In this document: positions 18,683 to 27,883 of the stretch, piece by piece
Layout of the letters: each line of letters begins with the position of its first letter
Position numbering within the stretch: the stretch's first letter is position 1
From: a virus
Lineage: Duplodnaviria; Caudoviricetes
Strand: one strand, 5' to 3'
IMG/VR virus record: IMGVR_UViG_3300014775_001500
Span: 1-31,234 of that record
Length of the DNA stretch: 31,234 bases
Made by a program: the position numbers and the translations under genes
Notes under the pieces: generated by a model
Databases searched by the model: none
Told to the model about the DNA's origin: nothing
The model's input: the letters and a program-made list of their open reading frames with translations, nothing else

Positions 18683-20109
18683 CACGCACCCCCAAAAAGC
18701 GGGAGTTGGACGCGCCGCATTCGTTCGCTTGCGAGGTCGAAGTAGTCGGGATCCCGCTCGATCCCGACAAAGCCGAAGCCCTCGGCAAGACAAGCCCGGC
18801 CGGTTGTACCGCTTCCCATGAAAGGATCGAGAACAACGCCGCCGGGTTGCGTTACAAGGCGGCAAAGGTATTGCATAAGCGCAACCGGCTTGACGGTTGG
18901 GTGATTGTTTCGGCTTGGTACTCTTGTTCCCGCGTAAGGGTTGATCCCGGCGCTTCCCGGCTTGCGGTTGGTCTTGTCGGCGGCGCTTGTCTCCGCCCTC
19001 GAAAGGCCGGCGTCGCGGTCGGCCTTGTCGGCTTTTGGGCAATAGAAAAAACGCGCCGAGTCGTCGGGAAAGTGATCGTTGACCTCGTTGGATCCATCGT
19101 GGATCAAGTTTGCGGGCCAACGGCCGGCGGGCATGTACGATTTGCAATCGGGCAACTCAAAAGAACTTCCGTTTCCTTCTATGCCTCCGCCGTGCCTACT
19201 GCATCCCTCGGGCGCGTCGGGCGCTTCGATCCTGCAACCGTCGACGTTGATCGCGCCTGTTCCCCACGTCAACACGTTCTCGGCTATCGTGCCGGCGAAA
19301 GGCTTGCGGGCTACTGTGATCGGTTCAAGGGCGGGTTTGAGGGCCGTTCCCCACCCTTCCCATTGTTTCGCGGCTTCGGTTGCTGGGGCGGTGATGTCAA
19401 AAGATTTTTTGTAGCCGTAGCAATGATCAATTCCTCCGTGCTTACCTGTACCACCCGTTATACTGTTTGTGCTTTTCCCTAAAATCTCACGATCAAACCA
19501 CGCCGCGCCCGGTTGCCCCTTGCGCGAGTTGAGCGTCCAGATCAAACGGCGGATCTCTTCTGGCACGTCGTCGAGCTTTACGCCTAGCACGTCGAGAAGC
19601 AATGGGATCTGTTCAATTGTAGGGATCGCAGGTTGTGACTTGTTCGAGGTCCAATGTCCTGCCATACCGTGAAAACCAAAGGCGTCATCAATTTTTTGAT
19701 TTGTCAAACCGGCCGCGTCGCGCATTTCACGGATCCAATTTGTGACAATATAAAGTTGTTCGCGGTCGTGTCGTTTGCGATCGATCGCTTTGCTCACGTC
19801 GTGCGATTTCGGGAAGCCGGATCCATAGACCCACGCGATCAAGTCGCGAATGTGGAACCCCGCGTCCTCGATATTGACGCACATTCGGTGTTGTGTTCGT
19901 GTCCCGGCGAACGCGAGAAGATACCCGCCCGGCTTCAACACGCGCAAACACTCGCGCCAAACCTCGACGCCCGGGACGCTATAGTCCCATTTTTTGCCCA
20001 TGAATGCGAGGCCGTACGGCGGATCGGTCACGACGGCGTCAACGCTGTTTTCAGCGAGGCCGCGCAAAACCTCGACGCAATCGCCGCGCAAAAGTCGGGG
20101 CTCAGTCAT
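18682..20109 (-). CDS. N6-adenine/N4-cytosine DNA methyltransferase, beta class
   Basis: GDCVEVL, VTDPPY (motif IV), HPTVKPVALM, VLDPFMGSGTT (motif I); ATG 20109. Confidence 0.92.
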   Translation of the reverse strand: MTEPRLLRGDCVEVLRGLAENSVDAVVTDPPYGLAFMGKKWDYSVPGVEVWRECLRVLKPGGYLLAFAGTRTQHRMCVNIEDAGFHIRDLIAWVYGSGFPKSHDVSKAIDRKRHDREQLYIVTNWIREMRDAAGLTNQKIDDAFGFHGMAGHWTSNKSQPAIPTIEQIPLLLDVLGVKLDDVPEEIRRLIWTLNSRKGQPGAAWFDREILGKSTNSITGGTGKHGGIDHCYGYKKSFDITAPATEAAKQWEGWGTALKPALEPITVARKPFAGTIAENVLTWGTGAINVDGCRIEAPDAPEGCSRHGGGIEGNGSSFELPDCKSYMPAGRWPANLIHDGSNEVNDHFPDDSARFFYCPKADKADRDAGLSRAETSAADKTNRKPGSAGINPYAGTRVPSRNNHPTVKPVALMQYLCRLVTQPGGVVLDPFMGSGTTGRACLAEGFGFVGIERDPDYFDLASERMRRVQLPLFGGA

Positions 20110-20800
20110 ATTGCAGCCCCAAAACGCCAGCCAGTGATTCGGCATAGGTTAAAGACATATCGAAGCCGTGTATCTGGCTTTCGGCCGGGTAGTTTCGGCA
20201 AGGATAGAACTCGCCCCAATTGATGCAAGCTGCAACGCGGTGCGTTCGCTGGCGGAGGCTCAACTCTTCGTTTTTGATCCATTCGAGCAAACGGAAACAC
20301 TCCGACCGGCGGGGCATTTCCTCGACGACGTACCACGTAATGAACTGTGACGCGTATTCGGGATCAATGATTAGATCCGGATCGTCGACGAAGTCAACGC
20401 CGATCTTGTTCGAAAAGTTTGTGTAGTTTGCCCGGCCGGTCGCTTGTATTACTCCCCGGCCTTTGTATTTTGCGCCGTCGCCGGGTTGCGTGTTGCCAAG
20501 CCTTTTTCCTGTAGCCGTTTGCGGGCCGTAAAGCTCCTCACAACGCGCGTCGCTTTTTTGTTCGACGTCGTACCAAGCCGCGCCGGTTTCCTGCATAGAA
20601 CGGCCCCAAAGGGCGCACAACCCGAGGCCGGGCTTGATCTGCATTTGTCGGGCGGCCTTGTTGATAGATTGCACAAACCACGGCATCTGCGACTTGCTAG
20701 ACACGTCAGAACCCCAACCTTTGTACGGGCGACCCTTGCGTGCGTAGTAGCGGCGCGCGGCCTCGTTGGCGGCGGCGTTTGCTTGTTCGAGTGTAATCAT
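20102..20800 (-). CDS. glycoside hydrolase family 19 endolysin
   Basis: QETG...LGNTQPGDGAKYKGRGVIQATGRANY...DPDLI; ATG 20800 overlaps the TerL stop. Confidence 0.85.
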   Translation of the reverse strand: MITLEQANAAANEAARRYYARKGRPYKGWGSDVSSKSQMPWFVQSINKAARQMQIKPGLGLCALWGRSMQETGAAWYDVEQKSDARCEELYGPQTATGKRLGNTQPGDGAKYKGRGVIQATGRANYTNFSNKIGVDFVDDPDLIIDPEYASQFITWYVVEEMPRRSECFRLLEWIKNEELSLRQRTHRVAACINWGEFYPCRNYPAESQIHGFDMSLTYAESLAGVLGLQYD

Positions 20801-22071
20801 AAAACCTTCACTCCATTGTTGTTGAGACCGATCACGGCATAGCGCAACGCGTCGCGGGCGTGATCGTAAACCCCGCATTTTTCGGGGATGTTTGCTTGTA
20901 CACCGGCCTTTTTTTCCGGGTACTTCGACGCCTGCAACGAACGAACGATCCCGCGTTCGTGGTTGCATTTTGGATCAATGTACAAGCTCGGCGGCCCGTC
21001 GTGCGGGTTGAGCTTGATCCTGATTTGGTCGATCCCGTACGGGATCCATCGTTTGCGGGGATCGTACGTCGCCAGCACTCGCCAGCCGTCGCCCTTCAAA
21101 AGCGAAACGTCAGAATACCCTTCGACGATAGAAGCGGCGGCCCCGGCGGGGTCGACGTATGCAAGGCCCTTGCGCCACGAATGGCGCTTGAACTTGCGCC
21201 CGATAAGCTCGACAAGGCCCCGCGTCGGCGTGTTGCTCGGTTGGTCTTCGTCGATTATGTGCATACACTGGCGGCTTTTGTGAGTCGCGCAAAACGGCAA
21301 AAGCTGAAAATACAAAACCGACGGCGACCGATAGCCGAAGTCAACGGCGAGGTTGACCGGGAGCTTCGGATCAACGGTCAACGGTTGGACGTGTACCCGG
21401 GCGCTGAAATCGTCGAAGACTCCGCCGGCAAGGTGTACGAATTGACCGCCGACGTACATTTCGAACAACGACGCCGAATAGCTGCGCCGCATTTGATCGA
21501 TGTAGTCGGCCGGGTTGTGATAGTTGTCGGCCGTTTTGGCGTTGATTATGCCGCGATCCTCGGGCTTTGAATCACTCCCGAACTCGTCAAAAAGCCAGTT
21601 CATTTCGGGCGTGGTTGTCAAAAAACCTTGGTGACGCCTTGCGCCCGGCTGGCGAAGTCGCGCCAAAAGCGTGGTGTACGCGGTGCGCTTTATGTATCGG
21701 GCCTCGTCAACCCAAAACCACGCGAGGTTTGAGCCGTCGAGGGTTTCGGGCCGGTCTGCGCTGGCGTACCAAACGCGCGCGCCGTTGTGCAACACAAACA
21801 CGCGGTCGCCGCGCCTATGCTCCCGGATCGCCTGTTTGGGTAGGGTTTCGAGGAACGAAGGCAACGAAAGCCGCGTCAACATGTTGTAGGTTGGCGAGAC
21901 TATCATTCCGTCACACCCGGGTTGATTGAGGGCGTGGTTTGCGGCCTCCGCCCCGCCCGCGCGCGTTTTTCCCGACCCGACCCCGCCCAACATACACTTG
22001 ACGCGATCCCGGCAAAGGTGAAACGCCGCTTGCGCCGCTAGCGGTTTGTAGTCGATCGTGATCTCACTCAT
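20797..22071 (-). CDS. terL: terminase large subunit
   Basis: Q motif (PLAAQ), Walker A GGVGSGKT, Walker B WFWVDEA, TTTPE, nuclease motifs AVDFG and HARDALRYA. Confidence 0.95.
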   Translation of the reverse strand: MSEITIDYKPLAAQAAFHLCRDRVKCMLGGVGSGKTRAGGAEAANHALNQPGCDGMIVSPTYNMLTRLSLPSFLETLPKQAIREHRRGDRVFVLHNGARVWYASADRPETLDGSNLAWFWVDEARYIKRTAYTTLLARLRQPGARRHQGFLTTTPEMNWLFDEFGSDSKPEDRGIINAKTADNYHNPADYIDQMRRSYSASLFEMYVGGQFVHLAGGVFDDFSARVHVQPLTVDPKLPVNLAVDFGYRSPSVLYFQLLPFCATHKSRQCMHIIDEDQPSNTPTRGLVELIGRKFKRHSWRKGLAYVDPAGAAASIVEGYSDVSLLKGDGWRVLATYDPRKRWIPYGIDQIRIKLNPHDGPPSLYIDPKCNHERGIVRSLQASKYPEKKAGVQANIPEKCGVYDHARDALRYAVIGLNNNGVKVL

Positions 22072-22492
22072 CCTCGAAGCCCGGGATCTCGTGTTTGATC
22101 ACGATCGTTCGTGATTCCTCGCTTGTTTCGGCCTGTTTTGGCGCGTGTCGGCCAAAGTCGTCGTGTGCCTTGCGTTCGAGCAACCACGCGGCCGCTTGCC
22201 ACGTTTGCGGCTGGCTTGCGGCTAGTTCTATGCAATCAAGGGCGGTCAACAAAAATTGCGCTTCCTGATTTTTGACGCGCCGCAAAAGTCGAAACATAGG
22301 CTCGTGCCTTTCCTCGACGGGTTCGCCGGCCTCGAGGGCGTGTTGATACGCCCGGCCGACCTGCAACCACCTTTCAAGGGATCGCTTCGAGATCCCCGCC
22401 AGCGACGCGGCGACGGCTTGCGACGCGCCCTTTTTGAAGGCCGCCACGATCACGTCGGCGACCTCGTCGGTTAGTTTGAGTTGCGCGCTCAT
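22064..22492 (-). CDS. terS: terminase small subunit
   Basis: N-terminal HTH (AASLAGISKRSLERWL), WQAAAWLLER motif, directly upstream of terL. Confidence 0.8.
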   Translation of the reverse strand: MSAQLKLTDEVADVIVAAFKKGASQAVAASLAGISKRSLERWLQVGRAYQHALEAGEPVEERHEPMFRLLRRVKNQEAQFLLTALDCIELAASQPQTWQAAAWLLERKAHDDFGRHAPKQAETSEESRTIVIKHEIPGFEDE

Positions 22493-22710
22493 CGTCGTTT
22501 GCCTTTCTTTTGAGCTTGTCGCCAGCGTCCAAGCGCCCCGGTCGGATCGGCGCTCGGCGGCGTCAACCCAAGTTCGCGCTCTGCAGCTTGCACGATCGCG
22601 GCGCGCAACCAGTCGGATCGCTTGCAATGGTACGATCCCCGCGTCGCCCGGTCGACGAGTTTCATGATCTCCGACGGGATCCGCAAATGTAATGTGTAAT
22701 CATAGCGCAT
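22489..22710 (-). CDS. ribbon-helix-helix DNA-binding protein
   Basis: TLHLRIPSEIMKLVD...RSDWLRAAI; GGAGG RBS; first gene of the late arm. Confidence 0.7.
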   Translation of the reverse strand: MRYDYTLHLRIPSEIMKLVDRATRGSYHCKRSDWLRAAIVQAAERELGLTPPSADPTGALGRWRQAQKKGKRR

Positions 22711-22764
22711 CAAAACGGCCTCCGTTGCCCTAGTCCTCGGCCTTTGCTTCGCCGACGTGTCGAC

Positions 22765-22792
22765 ATTGTAACACAAAAACAAAGCATCGCAA
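22765..22792 (-). promoter_or_regulatory. putative sigma70-type promoter for the late arm
   Basis: On the minus strand: TTGCGA, 16 nt, TACAAT with an extended -10 TGn. Confidence 0.55.
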
Positions 22793-22971
22793 CGCAAAAA
22801 AACCGCCCGATCCTGCGAAGCCTACGGGGCCGCGCACTTCGCCCCAACGGCGCAAGTGCAGACGCGGCATAAGAAGGGCTTTTCCTGCAGGGAAAAACCT
22901 TCTTATATAAGGTATAAGGGGAGCCCTATTTTCGCCAGCAAAAACAAAGGGTTCCAGACCTTCGAGGGCAT

Positions 22972-23084
22972 CAACTAGGGCGGCAACTAGGGCGGGCTTT
23001 GTATCACAAACAGACAAAAAACGCTTTGTTTTCGTAGACTTGCGAGATCAAAAGTAGGGCGGCAACTAGGGCGGCAACTAAGGC
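22972..23084. repeat. iteron-like 12-bp direct repeats CAACTAGGGCGG
   Basis: Exact copies at 22972, 22984 and 23063; partial copies at 23055 and 23075; next to an A/T-rich tract at about 23090-23175. Confidence 0.75.
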
Positions 23085-23149
23085 AAACCACTTTTTGCAG
23101 AAAAAAAATCGCACTCTATCTTTTTGTTTTTGTTGCACTTTTCATTTTT

Positions 23150-23226
23150 ATAGAAAAAAAGTAGAAAAAAAGTATTGCGTTTGTTCAACGTTGTGTGTAG
23201 ATTGGATTTCAGAAGGCAACGACGCC
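23150..23226 (+). promoter_or_regulatory. early promoter P1
   Basis: A-tract UP-like region, TTGCGT (23175), 17 nt, TAGATT (23198), then GAAGGCAACGACGCC. The block is duplicated at 24405-24483. Confidence 0.65.
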
Positions 23227-23249
23227 AAACAACAACGGAGAAAAAAGCC

Positions 23250-23573
23250 ATGCAAATGAAAGTGATCATCACAAACGGACAAGGTTTCATCATGGACATG
23301 ATTTGCAGAAAGTTTGACCTTTTTGCTTGTCTGCAAACAAACAAGGCCGGGATCATGGATCGCACTTTCGACTTTAGAAGAGACACCGGAAAAACCCACA
23401 AACGCTGTTACATCGCACAACGCGCTCGGTTTGCTGAGGTTTACAAATGCATGCCTCGTTTTATCGAAGACCTGAAAAACTCCGACCCAAAATACTTTGA
23501 TCAACTTTTGGAAGTACACCCCGAAGCATCCGAAGACTTCGAAAAACTTCTCGGGCTTTTGTCGAAGGCTTAA
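23250..23573 (+). CDS. early hypothetical protein (107 aa)
   Basis: ACAACGGAG RBS, MQMKVIITNGQ... Confidence 0.75.
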   Translation: MQMKVIITNGQGFIMDMICRKFDLFACLQTNKAGIMDRTFDFRRDTGKTHKRCYIAQRARFAEVYKCMPRFIEDLKNSDPKYFDQLLEVHPEASEDFEKLLGLLSKA

Positions 23574-23580
23574 GAGCTAA

Positions 23581-23636
23581 CCCGCTGACGAGACCTTGGC
23601 AGAGGTCGAAACGCGCCGCCAGCGCGTCCGGGATGC
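23581..23636 (+). ncRNA. type I hammerhead ribozyme HHR1
   Basis: CCCG-CUGACGA-GACCU(UGGCAG)AGGUC-GAAA-CGCGC(CGCCA)GCGCG-UC^CGGG-AUGC; predicted cut after 23628. Confidence 0.92.
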
Positions 23637-23668
23637 AATCAAGCAACCAACACAACGGAGAACAAACC

Positions 23669-24205
23669 ATGAAATCGATCAAGATCACGCAATCCGCCGC
23701 CGACGCCCTCGAAGAGATCCAAGCGCTTCGCCGGGAGCGCAAAGGCTACAAAACCAAAAAGATCGACTTGTTGAGCGAGGCGATCGATTGGTTGTTCAAC
23801 GAAGAGTACAAAGCCAACAAATACCTTGCAAAACACGCCGTCGACGGCGCTTCGTACTCTTTTGTCTTGCAAGGCGTCGATCATAGCCGCGCGCCCGGGT
23901 ACGACAACGGAACCCCGATCTTGACGATCGAAAACATTCGAAGCGCTCAAGTCGTGACCGGGTCAACGCTGGAAATCTTGCTTGATCACGACTACATCCC
24001 GGTTGTCGTCGACGGCCGCTTTGACGAGGCCGGGGCCGCCGAGCTTGTCGCCCGGTTAGACGACGACGCCCCGGCGCGAGCCTTGACGCCCGACGAAGCG
24101 CGCGAGTTCAAACTTTGGCATTGCCTCGAAGCCGTCGCGGCGCACTTCATTCGCCAGCGCGAGATCGTCGACGCGGCGCAAGCTGCGCGCTTGGTCAACG
24201 CGTAA
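23669..24205 (+). CDS. early protein with N-terminal RHH-like DNA-binding domain
   Basis: MKSIKITQSAADALEEI...KIDLLSEAIDWL; leader ACAACGGAGAACAAACCATG. Confidence 0.7.
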   Translation: MKSIKITQSAADALEEIQALRRERKGYKTKKIDLLSEAIDWLFNEEYKANKYLAKHAVDGASYSFVLQGVDHSRAPGYDNGTPILTIENIRSAQVVTGSTLEILLDHDYIPVVVDGRFDEAGAAELVARLDDDAPARALTPDEAREFKLWHCLEAVAAHFIRQREIVDAAQAARLVNA

Positions 24206-24259
24206 CCCGCTGATGAGGCCCCGGCGGGGGCCGAAACGCCGCGACGGCGTCCGGGATGC
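24206..24259 (+). ncRNA. type I hammerhead ribozyme HHR2
   Basis: CCCG-CUGAUGA-GGCCCC(GGCG)GGGGCC-GAAA-CGCCG(CGA)CGGCG-UC^CGGG-AUGC; predicted cut after 24251. Confidence 0.94.
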
Positions 24260-24284
24260 AACCAACAACAACGGAGAACGAACC

Positions 24285-24383
24285 ATGAAAAGAGAAACGA
24301 TCGCTTTGATCCTTGAACACCTTGGCAACTTGATCACGTTTGCGGCCCTCGGCGCGGTCGGTTGGCTTGCTTTGTTTTTGTAA
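24285..24383 (+). CDS. 32-aa single-TM peptide (not in the ORF track)
   Basis: Leader ACAACGGAGAACGAACCATG; MKRETIALILEHLGNLITFAALGAVGWLALFL followed by TAA TAA. Confidence 0.75.
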   Translation: MKRETIALILEHLGNLITFAALGAVGWLALFL

Positions 24384-24404
24384 TAAAAACAACACACTGT
24401 GAGA

Positions 24405-24483
24405 AAGTAGAAAAAAAACAGAAAAAAAGCATTGCGTTTGTTCAAGGATGTATGCAATAAACGATCTCGAAGGCAACGACGCC
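24405..24483 (+). promoter_or_regulatory. early promoter P2 (diverged copy of P1)
   Basis: AAAAAAAG(C/T)ATTGCGTTTGTTCAA and GAAGGCAACGACGCC shared with P1; the -10 is a weaker match (CAATAA). Confidence 0.55.
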
Positions 24484-24503
24484 GAAACAACGGAGGACAC
24501 AAA

Positions 24504-24938
<435 letters not shown>

Positions 24939-24977
24939 TCCGCCGCAACTGGCGACAACAACAACGGAGAACAAACC

Positions 24978-25244
24978 ATGAAAGTCTACACCTTGAAAAA
25001 CTCAAAAACTTGCAACGCTGGCGACATTCTCGACACAACCTTTGTCGTGGTCGACGATTTCACGGTCTACATTATCAATCGCAAAGGACGCAAAAACGAA
25101 ACCCACGGCTTGCGATCGCACGATGCGCGCGCCGAATACAAAAGGCGAGTTGACGCAGGGTGGAAAGTTTGCAAACGCGTTTTTTGCGACAACGAGATCG
25201 ACTTTGAGTTGCAATATCCAAACACTTGCTACACTAGAAACTAA
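24978..25244 (+). CDS. early hypothetical protein (88 aa)
   Basis: Leader ACAACGGAGAACAAACCATG; its TAA abuts HHR3. Confidence 0.75.
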   Translation: MKVYTLKNSKTCNAGDILDTTFVVVDDFTVYIINRKGRKNETHGLRSHDARAEYKRRVDAGWKVCKRVFCDNEIDFELQYPNTCYTRN

Positions 25245-25301
25245 CCCGCTGATGAGGCCCCGGCATGGGCCGAAACGCTGCGCCGCCAGCGTCCGGGATG
25301 C
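25245..25301 (+). ncRNA. type I hammerhead ribozyme HHR3
   Basis: CCCG-CUGAUGA-GGCCC(CGGCAU)GGGCC-GAAA-CGCUG(CGCCGC)CAGCG-UC^CGGG-AUGC; predicted cut after 25293. Confidence 0.94.
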
Positions 25302-25331
25302 AACAACAACAACAACAACGGAGAACGAACC

Positions 25332-26219
25332 ATGAAAATGAACCCTCGCCAGTATACCGAAAAGCTCGGGCTTTCCGAGCAAATGGGCCACGTCGTCAAC
25401 CTTTCGGGCAAGTTGTATGTCACGGTTGCCGGGCTTCGCGTCCTCGCGCAACGCGCCGGCGTCGTGTCGATTGTCTGCCAGCCCGTCGATCCTTGGTGTG
25501 ACCCCGCAAAAGGCGTTTTCTATTTTCGATGCGAGGTCGTCATGCCGGGCGATCGTTTGTTCGTTGAATACGGATCAAGCGCCGGGTCGCCAGTCGGCAA
25601 GCGCGGCGGAAATCATGCCTTGCTTGGCCACGCTTGCACGAGGGCAACCGGGCGCGCGTTGCGCCTTGCGCTCGAAATCGAGTTACCACTATTTGAAGAA
25701 AGCGGCCTTTCCCGGCCCGCAAACGGCCCAAAACGAGCCGAAACAACCCAAGCCCGACCCGATACCCGATCAAAGCCCGAAATTGATTTTCTCGACTACT
25801 ACGCAAAGCAAATCAAACTCGCCAACGATTCGGAGCGCCTTGATCAAATCGGCCGCGACATCAAAGCAAACCGCGCCGTTGACAAGCAAACGCGCGACGC
25901 CTTGCGCGAGGTCTTTGCAGAGAGACACCGGGAACGAATGGCCGCCGCCAACGAGGCCGAGGTAAAAGAAAAAGCCAAACTTCTCAAAGCGTACTTTGCG
26001 AAGCTGCGCGAAGCCGGGTTCGACAAAGCCGCAAGCGACGGCGCGATCAAAACAAAGATCGGCGCAAGCTCGCACAAAGAGATCCACCCGGCCTCGTTGC
26101 GTCAAATGATAGACGCCTTGCAACCCTACAAAGGCCCGGCGTTGTCGAGCGTACCGAAGCAAAGCGATCCCTTCGTCAACCACCTCGAATACGCGCGCGC
26201 GTTTGCTGGCGACGCATGA
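25332..26219 (+). CDS. single-strand annealing protein (Rad52/Sak/RecT superfamily-like)
   Basis: KLYVTVAGLRVLAQRAG...ACTRATGRALRLAL N-terminal domain, then a linker and a helical C-terminus. Confidence 0.6.
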   Translation: MKMNPRQYTEKLGLSEQMGHVVNLSGKLYVTVAGLRVLAQRAGVVSIVCQPVDPWCDPAKGVFYFRCEVVMPGDRLFVEYGSSAGSPVGKRGGNHALLGHACTRATGRALRLALEIELPLFEESGLSRPANGPKRAETTQARPDTRSKPEIDFLDYYAKQIKLANDSERLDQIGRDIKANRAVDKQTRDALREVFAERHRERMAAANEAEVKEKAKLLKAYFAKLREAGFDKAASDGAIKTKIGASSHKEIHPASLRQMIDALQPYKGPALSSVPKQSDPFVNHLEYARAFAGDA

Positions 26220-26581
26220 TCGCCGAAATCATGCGGGCGCTTGACGAGGGCAAGATCACGGCCCTCGACCTCGGCGTTTGGTCGTGGTTGTCGTGGCAGA
26301 GTGACCGGGCCGGCGTCTATAGCGCCGCCCGGGCCGCGACGGCCGACCAACTGCGAATAACCGAGCGACAACTGCGCGCAAGTTTTGAACGCCTCGCCAG
26401 TGTCGGCGCGATCGTTGTTTTGACCAAGAAAGGAAAACGTCGGAGCCGGTGGGGGATCCGGCCTAAGTTCGACAAGAAAGAAAAGAAGCAACCGAAAAAC
26501 GTGATACCATTACAACAAACCAACAAGGGCGGCGACACAACGGAGAAGAAGCCCGCCGCCCTCGAAGGGTTGCCGTTTTGA
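26216..26581 (+). CDS. winged-HTH protein, possible replication initiator
   Basis: ALDLGVWSWL...SAARAATADQLRITERQLRASFERLASVGAI resembles phage initiator N-domains; lies upstream of dnaB. Confidence 0.55.
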   Translation: MIAEIMRALDEGKITALDLGVWSWLSWQSDRAGVYSAARAATADQLRITERQLRASFERLASVGAIVVLTKKGKRRSRWGIRPKFDKKEKKQPKNVIPLQQTNKGGDTTEKKPAALEGLPF

Positions 26582-26608
26582 TTTGACCACACTCGGAAAG
26601 AGGATCGC

Positions 26609-27883
26609 ATGAAAAATACCACAACCACGGGCAACGACGCAAGCCCGATCCATGAAATGCAAGTCGCGGCCGCTATGCTATCGCCAGCGCACCGCGAAAC
26701 CGTGTTCGGTACAATGGGAACGTTCGGCGCGGATTTGTTCGCCAGTGAGGCCGCGCGCTTCGTCTGGCAAGCGATCGCCGTCGACGGGTTGACCGACCCG
26801 GTGTCAATCATGGAAAGGCCGAACCCGCCCGAAAACTTCGACCGTTTTTTGATCCAAGCCCTCGACATCCTCAACCAGTGGGAAGTTGCCGGCAAAACCC
26901 GCGCGGATCTCGAAGTCACGGTTCACTACCTCGCCGGCCTCGCGCGGCGTCGCCTTATGTCGGGCGCGCTGGCGACGGGCGCAACGCCCGAACAAATGGC
27001 AGAGTTGATCGCCGGCCTACCGACAACCGAAAACGTCGACGTTGAACCGTTCGCCGACCGACTGAAAGCCCGCTTTCAAGCCCTGATTGACGGGATCGGG
27101 ATCCCTCAAAAACACGTCCTCAAAACGACTTGGACGGCGATCAACCAAATTATTCAGGGCGGGTTTCGCGACGGCGAACTTGTCGTGATTGCAGCCCGGC
27201 CCGGGATGGGAAAAACGGCCCTCGCGCTTTGCCTCGCGATTGCGTTGTCGTTTCAACGCGGCGTCGACTTCTACAGCATGGAAATGGGCGCGGGCGAAGT
27301 TCTCGACCGTTGCCTTTCGATTCTCTGCGACATCCCAAACCACCATATACTACAACCAACCGAGGCCCTGAAACGCTGGCAAGCGGCCGTCGATATGTTC
27401 GACGCTAGCATGGATCTCCGCCTCGAAGATCGAGGCTCGTTGACGCTTTCGGAAATGTTGCAACGGTCAAAAGGCCGGATCCCGGTGATTGACTACTTGC
27501 AACTGGTCCCGGGTATGACGCGAAGCGACGCTTTCGAAAACCGCCAGTTGCAAGTTACGGCTATGAGTAAAGCCTGCAAAGAATGGGCGCGGGCGAACAA
27601 AGCCCCGGTTTTCATTCTCTCACAACTCAACCGCGACGTTGAAAAGCGCCGCGACAAGCGGCCCTTGCCTTCGGATTTGCGCGAATCCGGGGCCGTAGAA
27701 CAGGACGCCGACAAGATCCTTTTTGTCTATAGGGATTGCGTTTACAACGGCGAAGACTCCGACCGCCAGCGGCCGCACGATGCCGAAATCATAGTTGCGA
27801 AACAACGCAACGGCCCGACCGGGACGGTGCATCTCACGTTTCAACCGCAATTCGGGCGTTTTGTCGAAGGGGGCGCGTTGTGA
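26609..27883 (+). CDS. dnaB: replicative DnaB-family helicase
   Basis: AARPGMGKT, SMEM, IDYLQL, SQLNRDVEKR, DLRESGAVEQDAD, AKQRNGPTG. Confidence 0.95.
   Translation: MKNTTTTGNDASPIHEMQVAAAMLSPAHRETVFGTMGTFGADLFASEAARFVWQAIAVDGLTDPVSIMERPNPPENFDRFLIQALDILNQWEVAGKTRADLEVTVHYLAGLARRRLMSGALATGATPEQMAELIAGLPTTENVDVEPFADRLKARFQALIDGIGIPQKHVLKTTWTAINQIIQGGFRDGELVVIAARPGMGKTALALCLAIALSFQRGVDFYSMEMGAGEVLDRCLSILCDIPNHHILQPTEALKRWQAAVDMFDASMDLRLEDRGSLTLSEMLQRSKGRIPVIDYLQLVPGMTRSDAFENRQLQVTAMSKACKEWARANKAPVFILSQLNRDVEKRRDKRPLPSDLRESGAVEQDADKILFVYRDCVYNGEDSDRQRPHDAEIIVAKQRNGPTGTVHLTFQPQFGRFVEGGAL

Noticed and set aside
18266-20109. MTase plus nuclease as a type II restriction-modification system
   Set aside because: The nuclease is a small Vsr/DUF559-like type common as a stand-alone phage gene; adjacency alone is not enough evidence.
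304-22667. Many long plus-strand ORFs over the late arm (e.g. 304-1155, 13643-14608, 17045-18115)
   Set aside because: Antisense shadows of tightly coupled minus-strand genes, with no RBS or recognisable motifs.
22730-23017. 95-aa minus-strand ORF in the control region
   Set aside because: It overlaps the repeats and the late promoter, and has no RBS or recognisable motif.
26533-26550. Extra ACAACGGAGAA leader-like motif
   Set aside because: It lies inside the wHTH gene with no start codon at RBS distance.
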